DNA of 51,656 nucleotides from Trypethelium eluteriae (lineage: Eukaryota): assembly GCA_051942245.1 (NCBI GenBank), contig JAVECL010000107.1, positions 1 to 51,656 of the forward strand, given 5' to 3'. The notes under the pieces are model-generated. The model saw only the letters and a list, made by a program, of their open reading frames with translations. It was not told where the DNA came from and made no database searches. The translations under genes were made by a program, and so were the position numbers. Below are positions 47,810-51,656 of the stretch, piece after piece (within the stretch, counting starts at the first letter, position 1; the number at the start of each line of letters is the position of its first letter).

Positions 47810-50800
47810 ATGGACGGCTCTGGGGACACTCCCTTCCAACCACGGGCCCGACAAAATCCGTGGTCAGCGACCACAACAAGTGGTCCGGCTCTTCATAACG
47901 GCTCTGCTGTGGTAGGAGACGGGATAAATGGTGATAATGAGTGGGACCAGTGGATGCGCTGGGATCCGCTGTCCCCAGCGTTATCTCCGCATCAACAGCC
48001 TCCCCAATATGGCCAGAAAGGTATGGAATCCATGTACCCACACAATCACCCTGCCGCTTCAGCTAGTCGCTCCGGTCGTGGAGGTCATGGGAGATATGCC
48101 ACAAAGCAGAACGGTGCGCCCTGTCTTCTCAAAGCTGACACTGAATTGGTCACATTATTTTTTTCCGTGGCGAATATTGATAAGTGTTTTAGACTACAAT
48201 TCATGCTTCCAAGAACGTGCAAACGGCATGCTCTACCCTAACAGTAACGGAGTGATGTTCGAGGAAGGCTTGAGGCCAAAGCTCGAAAACGCGAACGAGC
48301 CCGTAGATATGAGCTCGATCCAGGCGACAGGGAGAAATCCTTTTAGATTCGGTACCCCTTCGTCGATGAAAGCCACTTTCGACTTCAACAATCCTGCTAC
48401 TTCCCCCTTTGGGAACGCGCAAAGGATAAACGAACTTTCTCATAGCAGTCCTTCCAATATGTCAAGTCAACCTTCTGGGCAACCAACCTATGCAACCAGA
48501 CCGCAAAGGCAGGTTTCCCTTTCCTGTGCCACGACCTTACACTCATGTATTGTCACCTTCTTTTTCCCTTCTAGTTTAGTTCTCTTGCTGGATATTTCAG
48601 CGTAGCTAGTCTGGATGAGCAAAATGCTCGTGCTACATGTCTTGAGGTCCTAATTTCAGAATAAATTTCTCTAAACTTGATGAAATAGATAGCTAACCGA
48701 AGTATTAGCCCCCCACTCTCGTTAGATGAGATCAAACAACTCTCAAGCATTGCATGGCCCTCAACTGCAACTAATGGCCATATTCCTTCAGAAATACCAG
48801 GGTGTGGTTCGTCGTCTTCACCGGATCCAATGCCCGCGAGCGGCGAAAATCCTAGGAAGCGGAAATCGTCCACCGATGAGGATAATGGAGACTCGCCTCC
48901 AAACCTTGATCAGGCAAACGCACCGGTAAAGAAAACAGCGCACAATATGATTGAGAAGCGGTATCGAACCAATTTGAACGATAAGATCGCAGCCTTGCGA
49001 GACAGCGTACCTAGCCTTAGAGTCATGTCGAAAGGTTCCACCGGCGACGGTATCGGTGATGAGGCCGAAGACCTAGAAGGTCTTACTCCTGCGCACAAGC
49101 TCAACAAAGCAACCGTGCTCTCCAAGGCAACAGAGTATATCAATCACCTTGAGAAGCGTAACAAGAAATTAAACGACGAGGTCAAGGCTCTCAAGGTACG
49201 ATTGCAAGCATCTGAAAAGCTCATTCTTACCGGAGCAATGACTGTCAATCCGTCTGTGCGATCTCCGCATTCTGACGTCTCGCCGGGGAGTATGCATCCG
49301 AACCAACAAGTACTCAGTCCAACCGCAACCGGTCCAGCAATGGATCCCGCTTCTGGCGCCCGCCTCCAAAGTGTAACTGAAGGCATGATCCCGGTGCCTG
49401 AAAACATAAGGCGGCTTCACCAAGCCCAACAGCAGCAGCACTTTGAACCACGACAAGCAAGCTACCCACTTTATGGTCAGTCTGCACGAGCAGTTGCTCC
49501 CGAGAGTTTGGCTTTCGGTGCACATAGGAGGGGCAATGCGCTCATGAGTAGGCTCATGGTTGGTTCACTAGCAGGACTCATGATCGTGGAAGGGTTTAGC
49601 TCTCGCAGTCAAAGGGCTAGCGATCGCGGGCAGCCGGATAAAGGGCTCTCAGCTGTCCCACTGGAGCCATTGCGGCATGTCGCAAGGTCAATCGGATCGG
49701 CCACGTCATTTGACGATACGCACAGTCGAAGCGGACTTTTCACAATCATCAAGGCTGGACTGCTTATTTTCTGCCTGGTATACCTCTTCTCGTCCCTCAT
49801 CAATGACTTTTCAAAACGGAAGCCAAAAGCATCAACAGCCCCGGTCAACCTTTCAGCGGCACCTTCGCTTGCTGCCCCTGTTGAAGTTCGTCGAAAGGCC
49901 TGGCTCACTGCAATCCAAACGGTGTGGGTTCCTCGACATAGCTTCCTTCTTGAAGCAGCAGCCTTGGGCCTGAAAATGCTGAAGCTCAGCACCCGGAAAC
50001 TCATTGGGTGGCATGGCTATGCCTTGCTCACAGGCCAGACCAAGGACGACGAAGATGCAAGGATTAAAGCCTGGGAAATAGCACTCGATGCGCAACTCAC
50101 TGGAGGTGATGCTGAAATAAGCAAAAGTCGTCTCCTGCTGACTCTGATGGCATCCGGAACACTTCCGGACAGCCCCGCGAGACTGATGCTTAAGGCTTTG
50201 CATATTCGAGTGTTTCTATGGGAAGTCGCAAATGCCGGTTATGGATCATGGTTTCTGTTCGAGGAGATTACCGCCCAGTTAGCTCGAAGATACTGGGATG
50301 CCGCTAAGCGCGAGCACAATCTGCTAAAGCGCGTTCCTAATGATTCCAAAGATAGCACGGGAGCTTTGGCCAGCCATTTGGCCAGCTTGTTGGAAATGGA
50401 CTGTGACGATGTGCTTGTTGACTCGATTATTCAACGTGCATATAATCTGGCCTGGAATCGTCCCAGTGCAGAGGATACTCACTCTGAAGGCACCATGGAT
50501 AGCGTAGTGGAGGACTTTGCTATCGCATCACCGCTTGACGCCTTGGCTGCTTGGTGGTCCAGCCTGGTCCTCAACAAAGTCATTCTTAATTTCCTTGAAA
50601 CTCCCGATGCAGAAGCTGAAGGCGCGTCGCCCGAACTGGAGCTCGCCGTTCGAGCTGCGCCGCCTCGATCTGGGGCTTCGGCCCGAGCGCTTGCTGCTAA
50701 ATCAATTCTCGATGATAATCATCGTGATGCGAATATCTCTGCAGCTTGTGAAGCGCTACCCGCAACACCGCCATCGCCAACTTTACAACCTACGAAAGCA

Positions 50801-51295
50801 TCGAGTACGTCCGCTCCGATTCCCTTGGTCAACCTGGTGTCTGACGCGCCAATTACCTTCGACGTCCACATCTCTCTCACCTTTTCCAAATGTATTTGGC
50901 TCGTCTCGGACTTAGCCGGTCTGTCGACAGATGCACGGAATAGCGCGGTTGCAATGGTGAACCGAAGTGCATTTCCACACTCTCAGTGCACCTTGCTCAG
51001 CGTCGTTGCGGCCATTCGACTTCTGCGAACTTTCCTACGAGATCCAGCACTCACAGCCGAGACAAGACAGGGTCTTGAAAATCTGGCCTGTGCTCTTCGT
51101 TTCTGGATCGGCGGAGAAGCTGGCAGGAAGAGCGGGCTCAGTTCAAATGCTACAGGCAAGTTGGTCGACGAATGCCTCGGCATGATCAAGCAGCTCGCTG
51201 GCGTGAGAGAAGTAATGGAGGAAGATGAAGATGACGGATATTTTAGTGCAAGCGATCATGAACGTGATAGACGCTCGCCGGTAGGAGTTTGTTAA
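47810..51295 (+). CDS. SREBP-family bHLH transcription factor (SrbA/Sre1-like)
   Basis: Exons ~47810-48020, 48193-48512 and 48690-51295. b[31 protein letters not shown] has the SREBP-diagnostic Tyr, followed by [15 protein letters not shown] and two hydrophobic segments. The C-terminal block ([34 protein letters not shown]) is DUF2014-like. Confidence 0.93.
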
Positions 51296-51656
51296 TTTCA
51301 CTGGAGCCACGGAGTACTCATACTTTTTACACCAGATTTGCCCTTTGTGGGATAGGAGTCATGGGAAGGGGGTGAAGCAAGAAATCTGACTTCTTCAATC
51401 TGGACTCCTCACGTCAACAAGACCTTTTCTTATTTCAGTAAATATATTTCATTTCTTGGCCAGGATAATGACGGGGTTGACTGTTTGGCGGCTTGCTGGG
51501 GAAAGGGAAATGGGGACTTGGGAACGGAAAACAGCCTACGCTCTGTATCTTTAACACGCAACAACCTTCCTACCAGGCTCATTGTGTACGCGAGTAGACC
51601 ATTAAAAAAAATTAATGTATCAATTCCTACTAACCTCCAAACCCACTCTTCCACCT

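Noticed and set aside
1..51656. Transposons, tRNA/rRNA genes, CRISPR arrays or a secondary-metabolite cluster
   Set aside because: No transposase/RT ORFs, terminal repeats, cloverleafs, arrays or backbone synthases seen; the SDR, aminotransferase and COQ3 neighbours do not form a coherent pathway.

Overview
Gene-dense window from a filamentous ascomycete (Pezizomycotina, inferred from GT-AG introns with CTRAC branch points and the protein families present). About 17 protein-coding genes can be reconstructed: RSM7, a USP-domain protein, MRPL27, UTP14, VPH1, an SDR, a 19-exon class I/II aminotransferase, COQ3, TFA2, MLP1/TPR, a nucleotide-sugar transporter, MER3, SRP40, SEC3, an SRR1-like protein, a low-complexity hypothetical protein and an SREBP-type bHLH factor. 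The main finding is in the first ~1.4 kb, which has no credible protein gene. On the + strand it folds by hand into a complete fungal telomerase RNA architecture: core-enclosing helix, template-boundary helix, a CCUAACCCU template for TTAGGG, a pseudoknot and a vertebrate-like P5/P6/P6.1 junction. This is followed by an Sm-like site and candidate spliceosomal 3'-end signals, and preceded by telomere-like CCCTAA motifs. All folds and splice models were derived by eye, without software or database searches.
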